From the NCBI RefSeq assembly GCF_006345805.1, contig NC_043000.1, positions 22,940,001-23,004,000 of the forward strand: a DNA stretch of 64,000 nt. The letters are read 5' to 3'. The DNA comes from Octopus sinensis. Lineage: Eukaryota. Each line of letters opens with the position of its first letter. The first letter of the stretch is position 1. Below, in pieces: positions 12,801 through 27,200 of the stretch. Position numbers and translations under genes: made by a program. The notes under the pieces were generated by a model that did no database searches, was not told the origin of the DNA, and saw only the letters and a program-made list of their open reading frames with translations.

Positions 12801-15800
12801 ACACCGTAAATTTTTGCTTACCCTTTTTTATGAAAGAGAGAACAAAGTTTATATCCACATCATTTTTCCTCCTCTGCCATAGTGTCAGACAAATTAAAAA
12901 CCATCTTAATTAAACACTGCAATCTGTTTACCAACACAGCCCCTTCTTTCAGAGAAAGACTATTTAAACCTATCTTCAATTTGGACATGGTTAAAGGGCA
13001 ATAACTGTAACTTAAATGACAAACATCACTGAGTTGATCACGAATCAGTCTCTGGGATGTTGACTGTATACGGACCAAGGTTTACTAATGCTCTCAAACG
13101 TTCAGGGGAAGGGGGGGCAAGTCGACTACATCGACGACAAACATCACTGAGTTGATCAATCAGTCTCTGGGATGTTGACTGTATACGGACCAAGGTTTAC
13201 TAATGCTCTCAAACGTTCAGGGGAAGGGGGCAAGTTGACTACATCGACTTTACTGCTCAACCGGAACCTATTTTATCAACCTTCAAAGAATAAAAGCAGA
13301 GTCAGACTCAGAGGAATTTGTACTCAAAACGTAAAAACAGAGAAAATGCTGCTAAGCATTATGCCCAGTATGCTAACAATTCTTATTTCTTTACTGCCCA
13401 GAAGGGACAAACAAGGACAGACAAACGGATTAAGTCGATTACATCGACCCCAGTGCATAACTGGAACTTAATTTATTGACCCCGAAAGAATGAAAGGCAA
13501 AGTCGACCTCGGCGGAATTTGAACTCAGAACGTAACGGCAGACGAAATACCTGTTTCTCTACTACCCACAAGGGGGCTAAACACAGAGAGGACAAACAAG
13601 GACAGACAAACGGATTAAGTCGATTATATCGACCCCAGTGCGTAACTGGTACTTAATTTATCGACCCCGAAAGGATGAAAGGCAAAGTCGACCTCGGCGG
13701 AATTTGAACTCACAACGTAACGGCAGACGAAATACCACTAAGCATTTCGCCTGGCATGCTAACAATTCTGCTAGCTCCCTCACCACTTTAAACAAAGGTT
13801 TGACAATGCCTATCTTTCTGAGGTGAATTAAAAAAAAAAAAAGGAATGGAGGTTCTTAACAGTACAATTTAATACAATTGGCAACGTTTGAACCCTGAAT
13901 TTTCAGTTATGTATATGGAGACAATTTATCTATTAAAGAACAAATCATTATTAATCAATCTGCAAACAGACCAATAATGACTAACAATATTTTTCAGAAC
14001 ATTTCACAAATTAAATGTAGAGGAAGAATACACAACTTACATGATCTGAATGAATTATTTCTCGATCAACAACATCGTAATCAATAGCAGTTAGAATTCG
14101 CAAATACATTTCAATAGCCACATGGCCATAGGAGGAAGCCTGGAGGAGGTCAGAAAAATATGTTGGCCAACGATGGGGAAAGTCATTGAGGAATGCCAAA
14201 GAGAAAAGCTGCGCAATTTTGTTTTTCAAAAAAGACTTGTCTTTTGTAACACTCGATGCCTGAAAAAGACAAAAACAGAAAAACACATTTCAGGGCCCCA
14301 TTGAATACAAGAAAAGTGTAAAGTAAGACAAACTACATCTTTCTAATAAATGATTCTCCACCTTTTGCTAGCTTGAATAAAAGTGACTCATTTCTTGACC
14401 AATGTTCTTGTTTAATCCTTTCACCAACCATCCTCAGACCAACCTTGGTCCTATGATACAAACAGCATGGTGTAAAGTGATCTAAAAGACCTTCCATCAA
14501 AATGTCATGCTAATTAATGTACTGAACATCAGTTTAATAATTACAGCTATTTAATTACATTATTATTTTCAAAATTAATTGAAATGAAAGGCAGTGAATT
14601 TCAACAGAAATACAGTAAAAAAAAAAAAAAAAAAAGGATTAAGAACCACAATCTCTGACAATTTCTCAGATTCCACCCCAGCAATATAACCCACTGGAAT
14701 TCCCTGACTTCCTACTAAAGTTCAGATTGAACATCTATTGTTTTAAAGACATATTGGAGAGAGCCACAAAGTCTATTGGTGCTGCCCCTGATCTGATTAC
14801 CAAAATTAATTATCCATTGTGCTTAGTTTAGACACCTGTTCCTATTGCTCCATCACCCAGCATAAAGCTACCTCCCCTCAATACTTCACCCCACCCTCAC
14901 TTGACAGGTCTTGTCTTGCAAAAGAAAACACAGTACATTCTAAAGTGGTTGGCATTAGGAAGGGCTTCCAGCCATAGAAACTATACCAAAGCAGACACTG
15001 GAGGTTCATGCAGTCCTTTGGTTCACCGGCTCCAGTTCAACTATCCAACCCATACCAGCATGGAAAACAAACATTAAATGATGAGGATATATTGGCTGGT
15101 GGAGATATAAAATCTTTAGACTACTGGATAAAATGCCTCGCAGTAGTTCTTGGGGCACTTTACATTCTAAGTTCAAATCCTACCTTTTTCTTCAGAGATC
15201 AATAAAATAAAAAAACTAGTAGAGGAATCAATGTAACCAACAAACCCCTTCCCTCAAAAACTATTGAACTTGAATCTAAATTAAAAACAATACTATTCCA
15301 ATGTTAACACTATCTCCATAACTACAAAACTCTTGAGGAGGAGAGCAACTATCACTGCTTGGCCATTCCCTCCCGTTGTGAATCCCCGCTTCTTCAGGTT
15401 TCAACCTTATCCATTCAGCCCACATCTACATATTTGCTCTTTGGCACAAATAAGTTAAAGAAAGACCAAACACACCAAACTAAATAAAAATCTATTGGAT
15501 TAGTGTCTGAATTACATTCTCAATACACAAGAATGAATGAAGAGTGTAGTTGAACAAACAACACTAAGAGCTAGGAGACATTTTCTGACAATTCATACTG
15601 AATTCCTAAAGCTGTCTGAGCCAAAAATAATACAACAGATGTTGGGACAATAAAATGGTTATGCAGTTATTGTCAATTTTCATAATGGCTACCACATTAA
15701 TTATTGTTAACGAGAAAAATAGAATTAACCTTTCTGATACCAACCCACCTGAAACTGCCTCTGGTCCTATGATATAAACTTATTGTTTTAAACTGATCTA

Positions 15801-18165
15801 AATTAAAACTGTCCCTCAAAATTTCATATTAATTTATGTTCCAAGTACCAGGTTAATAATGACAAAATTATTTAACTAAGTTACTCGTTATTTTCAAAAT
15901 TAAATGACACTAAAGTAATGTATTTTAACCCTTTCATTAACTGTATTTATTTTGAGATGCTCTGTTTCTTTTAATTACTTTAAATATAACAAAGAATTTA
16001 GTAAAATAACTTAGTTATCATTAAGCTGGTGTTAGGAACATAACCTGTGACTAAGATTTTAATTCAGTAGATTTTAATTCAGAACTTATGACAAGACATT
16101 TGTACTACAGAGCCAGTTTTAGTCGGGATGGTATCGAAAGGGTTAAATTAATCATTTGTTAACCCTTTTGTTACCATATTTCTGGTGAGATGCTCTGTGT
16201 TTCTTTCAATTACTTTAAATATAACAAAGAATTTAGTAAAATAACTTAGTTATCATTAAGCTAGTGTTAGGAACATAAATTATGACTAAGGTTTGGTGGA
16301 AGATTCTAATTCAAAACTTATGAAAACAAGACATTTGTACTACAGAGCCAGTTACAGCCAGGTTGATAACAAAAGGATTAACAAAAATATGGTAACAAAA
16401 GGATTAAGTTATAAAAAGAAACAAAAGAAATCAAGAAGAAAGCTGCTTTCAAATGATTTTGTTGTGTAACCAGGAAATTTAACTATTGCTAACTAACCCG
16501 AATATTAAATCATTCAGATATGATGAGTTTCTTCCAGTTTCCATCCACCAAATCCACTCCCAAGCTTTTGAGTCAATGCAAGCAAAACCTTGTGAGTGTA
16601 CATTAACAAAACTAAGCTTGATCCATAAAATAAGTACAATGGGGGGGGGTGATCAATAAAAGTTAATGGTCATAGTCAAATGAGTGAAAGAAAAAAACGG
16701 TAAAGAATACTGACCTGCATTTGGAGACATGTCATCAAGAACTCTCTCACAATCTGCTGATCCTCAGACCCTGCAGTTTGGTACCTAAAAATCAAAGGAG
16801 AAATATTTATTTAGATGAGGTATAAATTTGATTTTTAAAAATATCCAAATTACATTACTTGAAAATTTGGTAATCAAAATAAAATTATTGTCAGTCATGT
16901 TTTATTTCCCCATTTTGTTGATTAAACTTTAAGCAGAAGCATATAGGACAGCTTCTATAAAGATAGATATTGTTTTATGAATCAACATTCCAACCAGACT
17001 ATTTTCATTCAAGAACTAAAAAGAGTTTAAAGTAGGTCGCTAAAATGCACTTTAGACCTGGCACAGCAAAAATAAATTAAACTAAATTAACCACTTAATG
17101 TTTAATCCAGCCTAAATATTTTATCAGTTTTATGTCAAAACTGACTAGATCCAACCACCTTACACCTACTCTACAATGTCATTCTAAAAATATACAAACA
17201 CATCATAGAAATCTTGAAACTACAAGGTAATGGGTGATTAATTCAAAACAATGTGAATAAATAAATGATACATTTGACAAAGAAATTTGAATGCTGAAGG
17301 CTTAAATACACAAAACAATGGCAAACAACTGTCAGTACCTAAGCTTGCTTCGCAACTGTATGGCCTCAGGTTCAATCCCACTGTATGGCAACACGGGCAA
17401 GTGCCTTCAACTAAAGTCCCAGATCAACCAAATTCTTTGTGAGTGGAATTTGCGTGTAGCCTTGTCTTGACATCACATGCTGGTTGTAAATAAGCATCAC
17501 CATCAAACAAGCAATATTGTTCATTTCCAACCTTTTATAAAAGCATGTCTGGCCATGGAGAAATATTACCTTAATTGGGAACAGGTGAGTACTGGAGACT
17601 GGAAGGACATCCAGCAATGGAAAATCTGCCTCAACAATTTCCATCTAACCCATGCAAGCATTCACTGACCAACAGCCTTCAACCATTAACTCACAGACAT
17701 TCAAGTTTCTTCTCTCTGCCTTTTCTCTCAATACCATGGCAATCTCTGCTGGTTGTGTGAACCTTCCACTCAGGCCTATATGTCTCTTCAAATCCTGCAA
17801 CCCTTGCTATATATCCCACACTCTTACTGAACACATCACCTGGTCATTTATCCTGGGAGCTACAGTCCCCCAGAGTCCATCAACCTATTCATGCTCAATA
17901 TGATCAAATGGCATCAAATCCAGTTTCATTAGGGATGGAAGTCATGGGCACGACATTTCCTTCTTGTATTTTCTTATCTTCCACTTATTTCTGCTACTTT
18001 GCTGGGGCACTGCCTTGAAGAGTTTACATGAACACATCAACACCAGCACTTAGATTTTTTTTTAAATTTAGTACTTATTCTGTCAGTCACTTTTGCCAAA
18101 ACCCTGAAGTTATGGGGGATGTAAATAAATAACAGTTGTCAAGCAGGGAGGGGTACATACACAAA

Positions 18166-18200
<35 letters not shown>

Positions 18201-21200
18201 ATGAGGGAGGGAATAACTAGGATGTATAATGGTCAGTAATTAATATGAATAAAAACCGTGTTTCTTGGAAAGAATTAAAATAGAGAAAGAATAATCTATA
18301 ATAATACTCTTGTATTTTTCTGTTACAACATATGAGAAAGGAAGGAGTGATAGATGAATAAGGAAGGAAAGGGTAATGGCAAACTGGTAGTGGGAGTGTT
18401 TCAACTGTGTGTATGTGTATGTAAAAAGGAAGTGAGTGTAATTGAAGTGGGATAGTGAACAATGCTGAAAAGAAAAATCAAAGAGCGTTTCAACTGTGTG
18501 TGTATACAAGGGTAGTATGTGAATGTGTGAACCAGTGTTCTTTCAATAATAAACGATGATTGATGTCACATCTCAAAAGAGAACCATGAGATAACACTGA
18601 CAAGTGTATTAATTTGATTTACCATCCATAGTTATATATATAAAATACTACAATTAGCCATCATTTTTGAGAAAAAAATATATTAAATACCTTTGCTTAA
18701 GATATGACTCCAAAACTTGAAGGAAGAAAAATCTGGCATTATCACTGAAACAAATACATAATCGTTATCACAAATGATTATTGTTAAACAGACAATGTAA
18801 TTACATGTCTGAAATGAAGCAATGCATGTAAACATTATGTACAAGCAGGAAGAAAAAAACAGCCAACAATAAATGACAGTTACCAGTGCACCATACTGCA
18901 AATGCTACAATGGCCTAGTCTATTCAGGTATGTGAAACAAGGTCATTGTATGTCTGAGATGGGGGTTTATTAGCTTGCAGTGTTGAACTGAACACTTCTT
19001 GTGAGACACTCATAATATTTATTATTATTATTATTGAGTGAGAGAGCAGTGCATGCCATCAAAGTGACACTGGGGTAAAATATGCGAAGCCCAGTATACC
19101 CATCATGACTACCCATCTGATAAGGGTACACTAGGCACAAGCATCACAACTATGTGCACGACATGGTGATCTCATATCAAGATAAACAGCACAGGGCCTT
19201 GCAGGTGGGGCCCAGTTAGAATTTTCTTCTGGTCAAGTAACCAATCCTGCTCAAAAGACCCCTGAATAAGAGTTGTTTAAGGATGTTGAACGAAATACCC
19301 ATGTTTCCAGAAGTGAATTATTCAAACCCCAAAGAATCCCTCTCAACACATGGCTATGATGCTCCCCCACTACTTCTGCTCGTGATCAGAGATGCACATA
19401 TCGTCAACCACTAAGGGACATAGTCAACTGACAAGCAAATCTGAATATTGAGCAGAATATTTGCTGTAGCCCAGCTTTCATAACCAAGACAAAACAATGT
19501 ACATGATAACACTTCCAATCAGTTAAGATCAGAAGCCATGAGAGCCACTGCCTGGTACTGCATTATTATCATTATTATTATGGTGGCAAGCTGGCAGAAT
19601 TGTTACCATGCCTGATAAAATGCTTAGCAGCATTTTGTCCGTCTCTATGGTCTCAGTTCAAATTCCGCCAACGTCAACTTTGCCTATTATCTTTTCAGGG
19701 TCAATGAAATAAGAGCCAGTTGAAAACTGGGGTCAATGTAATCAACTTATACCCTCCCCCAAACATACAGGCTTTGTACCAACATTTGAAATCATTACTA
19801 TTATCATTATTATCCAAGAAACTAAAAAAAAAAAACAGAACTTTACTGATCAATTCCTTTTGGATACAAGATCGACCAATCAAAGATGTTCTACAACTGA
19901 TACATAAATGGACAACCACTCTTCAGTGACATTAACATCTACTTCATTTCATACCAAAACACCTGTGCTTGTCCCTCTATCATACTTTAGCCTATCAACA
20001 CCAGGCATAAAGCCACCCCTTTTCTCAGATACTCCCTCACTTAGTCAAAGAGCTTTTTCTGTCTTGTGAGTTACCTGAAAATCCCACTGGTGCTGGTATC
20101 ATGAAAAATCCACCCAGTACACACAATAAAATGGTTGGTATTAGGAAGGATATCCAGCCTTAGAAATTATGCTCAATCCAGCCCTGCAGCTTGCCAGATC
20201 CTATCAAACTGCCCAACCCATACCAGCATGGAAAATGATGAGTAATGTGAAGTGACTGAAGACAAACCATTGTTCAAAGTGAATTTGGTTGCTCACTTGA
20301 GACTAATGTTCAAAGTTTATCATAACTCTACACCAAAATGCGTTCAGGATAAATTTATAAAGAATATTCACTAACATCCAACAAAGTATTCTAGGGTAAC
20401 ATTCTAATGTAATAGTTATGCAATAACAAAATTTAATAAATTCAGCTATCCTTATCGTGGAAGAATAGTCTGGAATCATTTTGTATGCAAAGATGCAAAT
20501 CTCCCAGACTTAAAAGATATGAAAAAATGTTAAAAAGATGCTGTTGTGTAATCAACAAACCTGTTTGTGATAAAACCCTACCATTTTTAGTAACATTAAA
20601 AACATATTTTTAAATTTGCAAGAAAAATAAAAACATGACTTTGCATACAGGGCCAGCTCAAGGTACTGGCAACTCAAGCAGTCGTCCAGGGCGCCAAAGA
20701 CAAGGAAACTTCCACAACCATCAGTTTGTACAAGCTTAAGGTCCCAGTAACCCTAGAGCCAGTCCTGTTTACAGACAGTGCTCCCCTCACAATGATAGCT
20801 TTTTTTTTTATTATAATCCTTTTCAATGACCTCACTAGCCTGACCAGTGAAATTCTCAATAATGAACTACTACATTCCATTCCTAAGAACATTTTATTCT
20901 CTTCTTTGTAAATAGTGTATCATGCTTTTTTATATCTTGATTTTATACACAGCTAGTGAAATGTAAAGAACAAAAGAAAATGAGTCACTGTCTTGAAATA
21001 GTTAAAAATACCAAGTAAACCAGCATAAGTTTGTACTGACAGTAAATAATCCAGTGTGGTAGTTCAAATAAATTACTGACAAAATGAAGAGATCCAATAT
21101 TTGCAGACCCTTCATCAAGGAAGAGAGAAAAAGTTCAGCATTTTGTGGTTGAAATATATCTGGTGGCACATAAAAAGCACCAACTGATTGTGGCCGTTGC

Positions 21201-24200
21201 CAGCCTACCCTGGCACCTGTGCCGGTGGCACGTAAAAAGCACCAACCGATCGTGGCCGTTGCCAGCCTACCCTGGCACCTGTGCCAGTGGCACGTAAAAA
21301 GCACCAACCGATCGTGGCTTTTGCCAGCCTACCCTGGCACCTGTGCCAGTGGCACATAAAAAGTACCAACCGATCATGGCCGTTGCCAGCCTCCCCTGGC
21401 ACCTGTGCTAGTGGCACGTAAAAAGCATCCACTACACTCACGGAGTGGTTGGCGTTAGGAAGGGCATCCAGCTGTAGAAACACTGCCAGATCAGACTGGA
21501 GCCTGGTGCAGCCTCCTGGCTTCCCAGACCCCAGTCAAACCGTCCAACCCATGCTAGCATGGAAAACGGACATTAAACGATGATAGTGATGATATAACTT
21601 ATGGACACACAGAATTTTTGTTTCTCTTTTTTGATAAAGAAGACAAAGCCTAAAATGTCAGACCCAACCCTTCATTTTCTCATCAAGTAACGACAGATAC
21701 TTAAATTCGCACACTATTCTGCTCAAACTTCTTTATTCTTGTCTCTAGAATTATAAATTTATTAACAAGCACAAGTTTAATTTCAAGTTTCATTGTCCTA
21801 ATCTTTTAGGTTCCTTATCTGGCAGAATAATCCTCAAAAATATATATTTCTTTACTGCCCACAAGGGGCTAAACATAGAGGGGACAAACAAGGACAGACA
21901 AAGGGATTAAGTCGATTACATCGACCCCAGAGCGTAACTGGCACTTAATTTATCGACCCCAAAAGGATGAAAGGCAAAGTCGACCTCGAACTCAGAATGT
22001 AAAGACAGACGAAATACTGCTAAGAATTTCGCCCGGCGCACTAGCGTTTCTGCCAGCTCGCCGTCTTTCTCAAAAATATATTTAAAGACATTTTTTAAGA
22101 CATTCACAAAATTCCAATCTCTAGAAGCAACAATCATTCTAACATAACACCCATCTTATAGTTATGTAAAGCTTTCATAAGCAAACTAATTTTGCACTGA
22201 AACACACACACAGGAATTCAAACAAGTCAATACAATGTTATTTACAGACTGACCTGTTGTATTTGCCACAAGTAAAGGCAGTAATACAGAGTTTCCAACC
22301 ATCGTCTGATCTCTTCAGCAGTTCAAAATAAGTCAATATCTGAAATAGATAAGAAAACAGAAATAACAAAAAAGGAAGGCAAGGATTAGTTTTAGCAAGT
22401 AGTGAACTGGAAGTTAGGGTGTTGCCCTCATAATCACAAGGTCATTGTTTCAATTCCCAGACTGGGTGATGCATTGTGTTCTTGAGCAAAACACTTTATT
22501 TCCCCTTGCTCCAGTTAGTGTCTTGAGACAGCATTCACCTGGGGTGGGTTGAGCTGGCTTCATTCATCCTCAAAATGAGTAAACCTGTGATGGACTGATG
22601 TCCTGTTCAAGAGAAATGTTGTGATCTTGGTCACGTACATGCCATGGAAACCAGGTAACCAGCCCCCTGAGTCCTACAATTGAAGTCAGAATATCCAGGG
22701 GTTGATGATGAAAATAATCAGGGTCCCCTGCTGCTTCCCAGGGAATGCATAAAAAAAAAATAGAATAGGTTTAAATTCTATATGTATTCATTGTTAACTA
22801 TGGATGCACAAAGAAAAAAATTAACTAAACACCCGCTATAAGAGGTGTACTGTTAATGTGTATGAATGGGGAAGGACAAATAAGCCGAAAGAAAAGCTGT
22901 GCGTGGGAAATTAGATGTAATAAACGAGAAGAAAAACAATGCTGGTTCAGCGATGTGATGTATATAGAGGATGACAGCTGTATTAAAAAGTGCCAAGAGC
23001 TCAAAGTAGTTAGAAGAAGGGCACTTTGGCAAGCATGGGATGAAGCTGTGAAAACTGATCTCAAACTGCTGCTGGAAATGACAAGGGAGTAATAATTAAC
23101 AAACAGTGCTACAAAAAACTTGCTCAAGCATGACAGAATGAATGTTAAAATGGTGGTAGTAATGGAGAGACTAGGACGTATAATACATCGACACCAGCTC
23201 TCAAACTAGTTATGCTCCTGTAAAGCAATGTCTCTCAACCATGGTTCCACAAAAGGTTCCTAGGGGTTCCATGAGAAAGAGTGAGATAAGTTAATGCTAA
23301 TTTCATGAGTGTAATATTACTATACCTGCACAACATATTATTGGTTATTGTAATATAGACATCATCCTATCTAACCTATTATGTTATCATAAAATTAAAA
23401 CCATATAACGATATTTATCATGTGAACTACAGTGAAAAAAATATGAGAAAGAAAGATATAGTATATAATTGTTTGTGTGCAGGGGTTCCGTGAGACATGT
23501 AATATATTTTAAGGGTTACGCAAGGGTAAAAAGGTTAAGAAACACCTGTAAAGTTTCCATTTGCTGCAAAACCTCCCCACACCCCTTCTTTCCTATTCAA
23601 TGTACAAAGCCACCAATTACAAGGTATGCTCCTGTCAATATGAAATCCTTATTGTTCCACATCTCTCTCCAGTCACAATACCTGGGTAGAGAGTGATTAC
23701 ATTAAATCTATCCTTCCCCAATACACCCTACCATTACCCTCCTCTATTGTTAACCAACCACGCCCTCTCCCTCAGCTCACTTCATCATCATTTAACATCC
23801 GTTTTCCATGCTGGCATGGGTTGAACGATTCAACAGGAGATGACCAGCTGAAGATCTGCCATAGCTCTATGTCAGTTTTGGCATGGTTTCTATGGCTGGA
23901 TGTCTTTCCTAATACCAGCAACTTTACAGAGTGTACTGGGTGCTTTTTACATGCCACCATCACCCACAAAATTATTAACACTCAGCTGAAGAGGAGTGCA
24001 GGGCACATACCTATATGTAAAGACAACCACATGTGTAACACATGCCTCACTGCACAGTATTTTCAGCTATACAGTTACACATGCCTCACTACACAATGTG
24101 AGTGACCTAGATACCTTACTGGATAGCATTTCATCATATGGTCAGTATATATTGCACATTAGTTATATAGTCTCACTATACTTTGTTTAATCTTTTCGCA

Positions 24201-27200
24201 TTCAGTACTATCAAATGTAATGCTTATATCTATATATATGAAAAAAACAGGATGTGTCTGTCTGTGCGTTTGTCATGTCATTAAAACTGGAGATCCACCA
24301 ACCGATTTTAATGAAATTCCACACATGCATTATATAGAGTCGATGAAGTGTCTGTCACGGGCCAAAAAAATTTTCAACTTCTTGCCTTATGAAGGCCCAG
24401 GGGCAGATAAACTGCATTTTTAAGCATTTTCGCAGCATCCAGTTGCTTTCCTTCAAATCTGCAACAAACATTTACCAGGCTCCTCAAATAGCTGTTGACT
24501 AAAAAAAATTCCAGACGCCAACTATGCCCCCCCCCCAAAAAAAATGCAGATTAATCAGATTTGAGTATACTGCACTGGGCTTTATCTTTGTTTTAGGTCA
24601 TTTTCTGGCAATAAAATATTGATACTACTTCTGGATTATAAGAAGCTTCATGTTACCATCCGGCCATGTGCAGGTGTGCGCAGCTGGGCAAAGGAACAAC
24701 AAACTCATTCATCCATTCTTCAGAAGTGCCCTGTTGGTGTTTCACGTTTCCAATCCTATGCAACACACCATGGCCCAGCAACATGTCTGCTTTCTATGTC
24801 ATCCATGTCTGAACTATATAATGCAAAATGCTTCATATAAAAAACAAGCTGCTAACTGTTGTGACTCACAGTTTGACCATGTGACCGTTTCTGGAAGCTA
24901 CACTCGCCACTTGCAATTAGTCCCCCACCCCATTTTTAGTCAGACGAGTAAATACAGGATGTCCCAGAATTAATGATGATTCGAGTGAAATCAGATGCAT
25001 TATTTTTAAAAATCTCTTTTATTTATGTTTATCTTGTTTAATGTATTAAAAGTGTATAAATTTTGAATTTTTGCTTATAATTGTACTTTCATTCCTGTTG
25101 GACTGCTCTTATTTGTCCATGACGGCTTTTTTTCAATTTGATAGCAATCATTTTCTTTATTTCCATCATCAAGATGGAGCAATCATTTAGCTGAGCTTAA
25201 AGAACACATTCAGTTAGCAGTGCAGGAGCTAACTACTGAAATGCTTCAAAATGTGTTTCACAACGCTAAGGAGAGATTTGAAGTATGTAGGGATACAGGA
25301 CATGATGAAAATTTTCAATAAAAGTTTGACACAAGATTTAAAAATCTCAAATTTGATGACTGGCATCTGTGCTAGTGGAGCGCTAAGAGCACCAGCCAAG
25401 CATGATTGTTGCCAGAGCAGCTAACTGGCTTCCGTGCCAGTGGCATGTAAAAAGCACCATTCGAGTGTGATCGTTACCAACGTCGCCTTACCGGCACATG
25501 AAACAACATTTGAGCATGGCCGTTGCCAGTACCGGTGGCATGTAAAAGCACCCACTACACTGTCGGAGTGGTTGGCGTTAGGAAGGGCATCCATCTGTAG
25601 AAACTCTGCCAGATCAGACTGGAGCCTGGTGCAGCCATCTGGTTAGCCAGTCCTCAGTCAAATCGTCCAACCCACGCTAGCTTGGAAAGCGGACGTTAAA
25701 CGCTGATGATGACTTCTGTTGGTAATAAACAAAATTGTCAGTTTTTTTTTTCTTTTAAATTTGCTCAGTTTCATTGAAACAGATAATTAATTCTGGAAAA
25801 CCCTCTTGAGTAAATATGAAAATCAAAGGTCTTCTCTCCATAAACATCCCATCTTTTTGTTGAGCATATTGAATCAAGGAGTATATTATCCAAAATGTAC
25901 CTCTCCTTTATAGGCGTGGTTGAGAAGCTTGCTTTCCAACCAGGTCACCTTGGGTTCCATCCCACTGTGCAGTACATGTTCTTTTAGTTCACATCTACCA
26001 AATTCCACTCACAAGGATTTGGGCGACTTGAGGCTACAGTAGAGAACACTTGACCAAGGTGCAACGCAGTGGGACTGAACCTGAAATCATGTGGTTGGGA
26101 AGTAAGCTTTTTACCACCAGCTATTTTGATATAGATCCCAGTAGTAGGTCTCTCCCAGTGTGTACAAATTGTTTTTATTCTTCATTCAAAGATCAACACA
26201 GAATAAACCTTCTGTTAATTGCTTGCATGTGCGTTTTTAATAATTTTACATGCAGCCCTAGAAAGACATTTTCATTCTCCACAAACATCAATGAAAATCC
26301 ACAACATTGGAGGCGCAATGGCCCAGTGGTCAGGGCAGCGGACTTGCGGTCGGAGGATCGCGGTTTCGATTCCCAGACCGGGCGTTGTGTGTGTTTATTG
26401 AGCGAAAACACCGAAAAAGACTCCACGAGGCTCCGGCAGGGGATGGTGGTGATCCCTGCTGTACTCTTTCACCACTCTAAAGGCGGTGCTCCAGCATGGC
26501 CGCAGTCAAATGACTGAAACAAGTACAAAAAAAAAAAAAAAACAGAAAACATCTCACAGCATTCCCTTTCGAACAACCACCCATTAGTGTGGCTCTTGAG
26601 ACCCTTAGTTCTGACTCAATACATTGTACAATCAGTAACCATGAAGGAAACTTCTCATTCAGTAGGCTCAATAATTACATCAACAAAAATTGGGAGCAAA
26701 TGATGGAGCTTAGTTTCCAAGAGGGCTTGCTAGAGAGACTATATAATTGATGCAGTGCAGTGCCTTATATCCCTTTGGTCGACACAGTGTATAAGGTACC
26801 TAAATGATTACAAATTCTGGTGGAATCGCAATTAAAACCTATCAAAACACCTTAATTTCCCAAACAAATCTTCCTCTTCGACCAATTTTCATGTCACACG
26901 CCAATGGCCACAAACGTCGGTCAAAAGATTTGCACATAAAACCCGTCACTTACACCATTCCAAATGTAAGTATTGATTACACCCGCTAACAAACAACTTC
27001 AACCTCCCCTCCACACACGCGTGTCATCGTCACGTAACCTCGACACATTTGCGAACATGTTAAAACTTCTATAAATAGAAAATGCAAACATCATAATACA
27101 CGTCTCATTCAATGTGTTTACTAAATGAGCAGAGACTGGGTCATTCGCTGCACATACTTCACACATTCACGACTATTCGACTTTCTTCATACTCATGAAT

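Noticed and set aside
21161-21430. CRISPR-like array of palindromic repeats
   Set aside because: The 'spacers' are near-identical, the array lies inside a eukaryotic SINE, and there are no cas genes.
26312-26385. Possible tRNA gene
   Set aside because: A/B boxes are present, but the acceptor stem does not close and the sequence continues into a SINE body.
26050-26517. 155-aa ORF and the other 60-135-aa ORFs in the track
   Set aside because: They translate SINE bodies or microsatellites (YIYIY, CVCVC, LQLDALP), or are antisense or partial overlaps of real exons.
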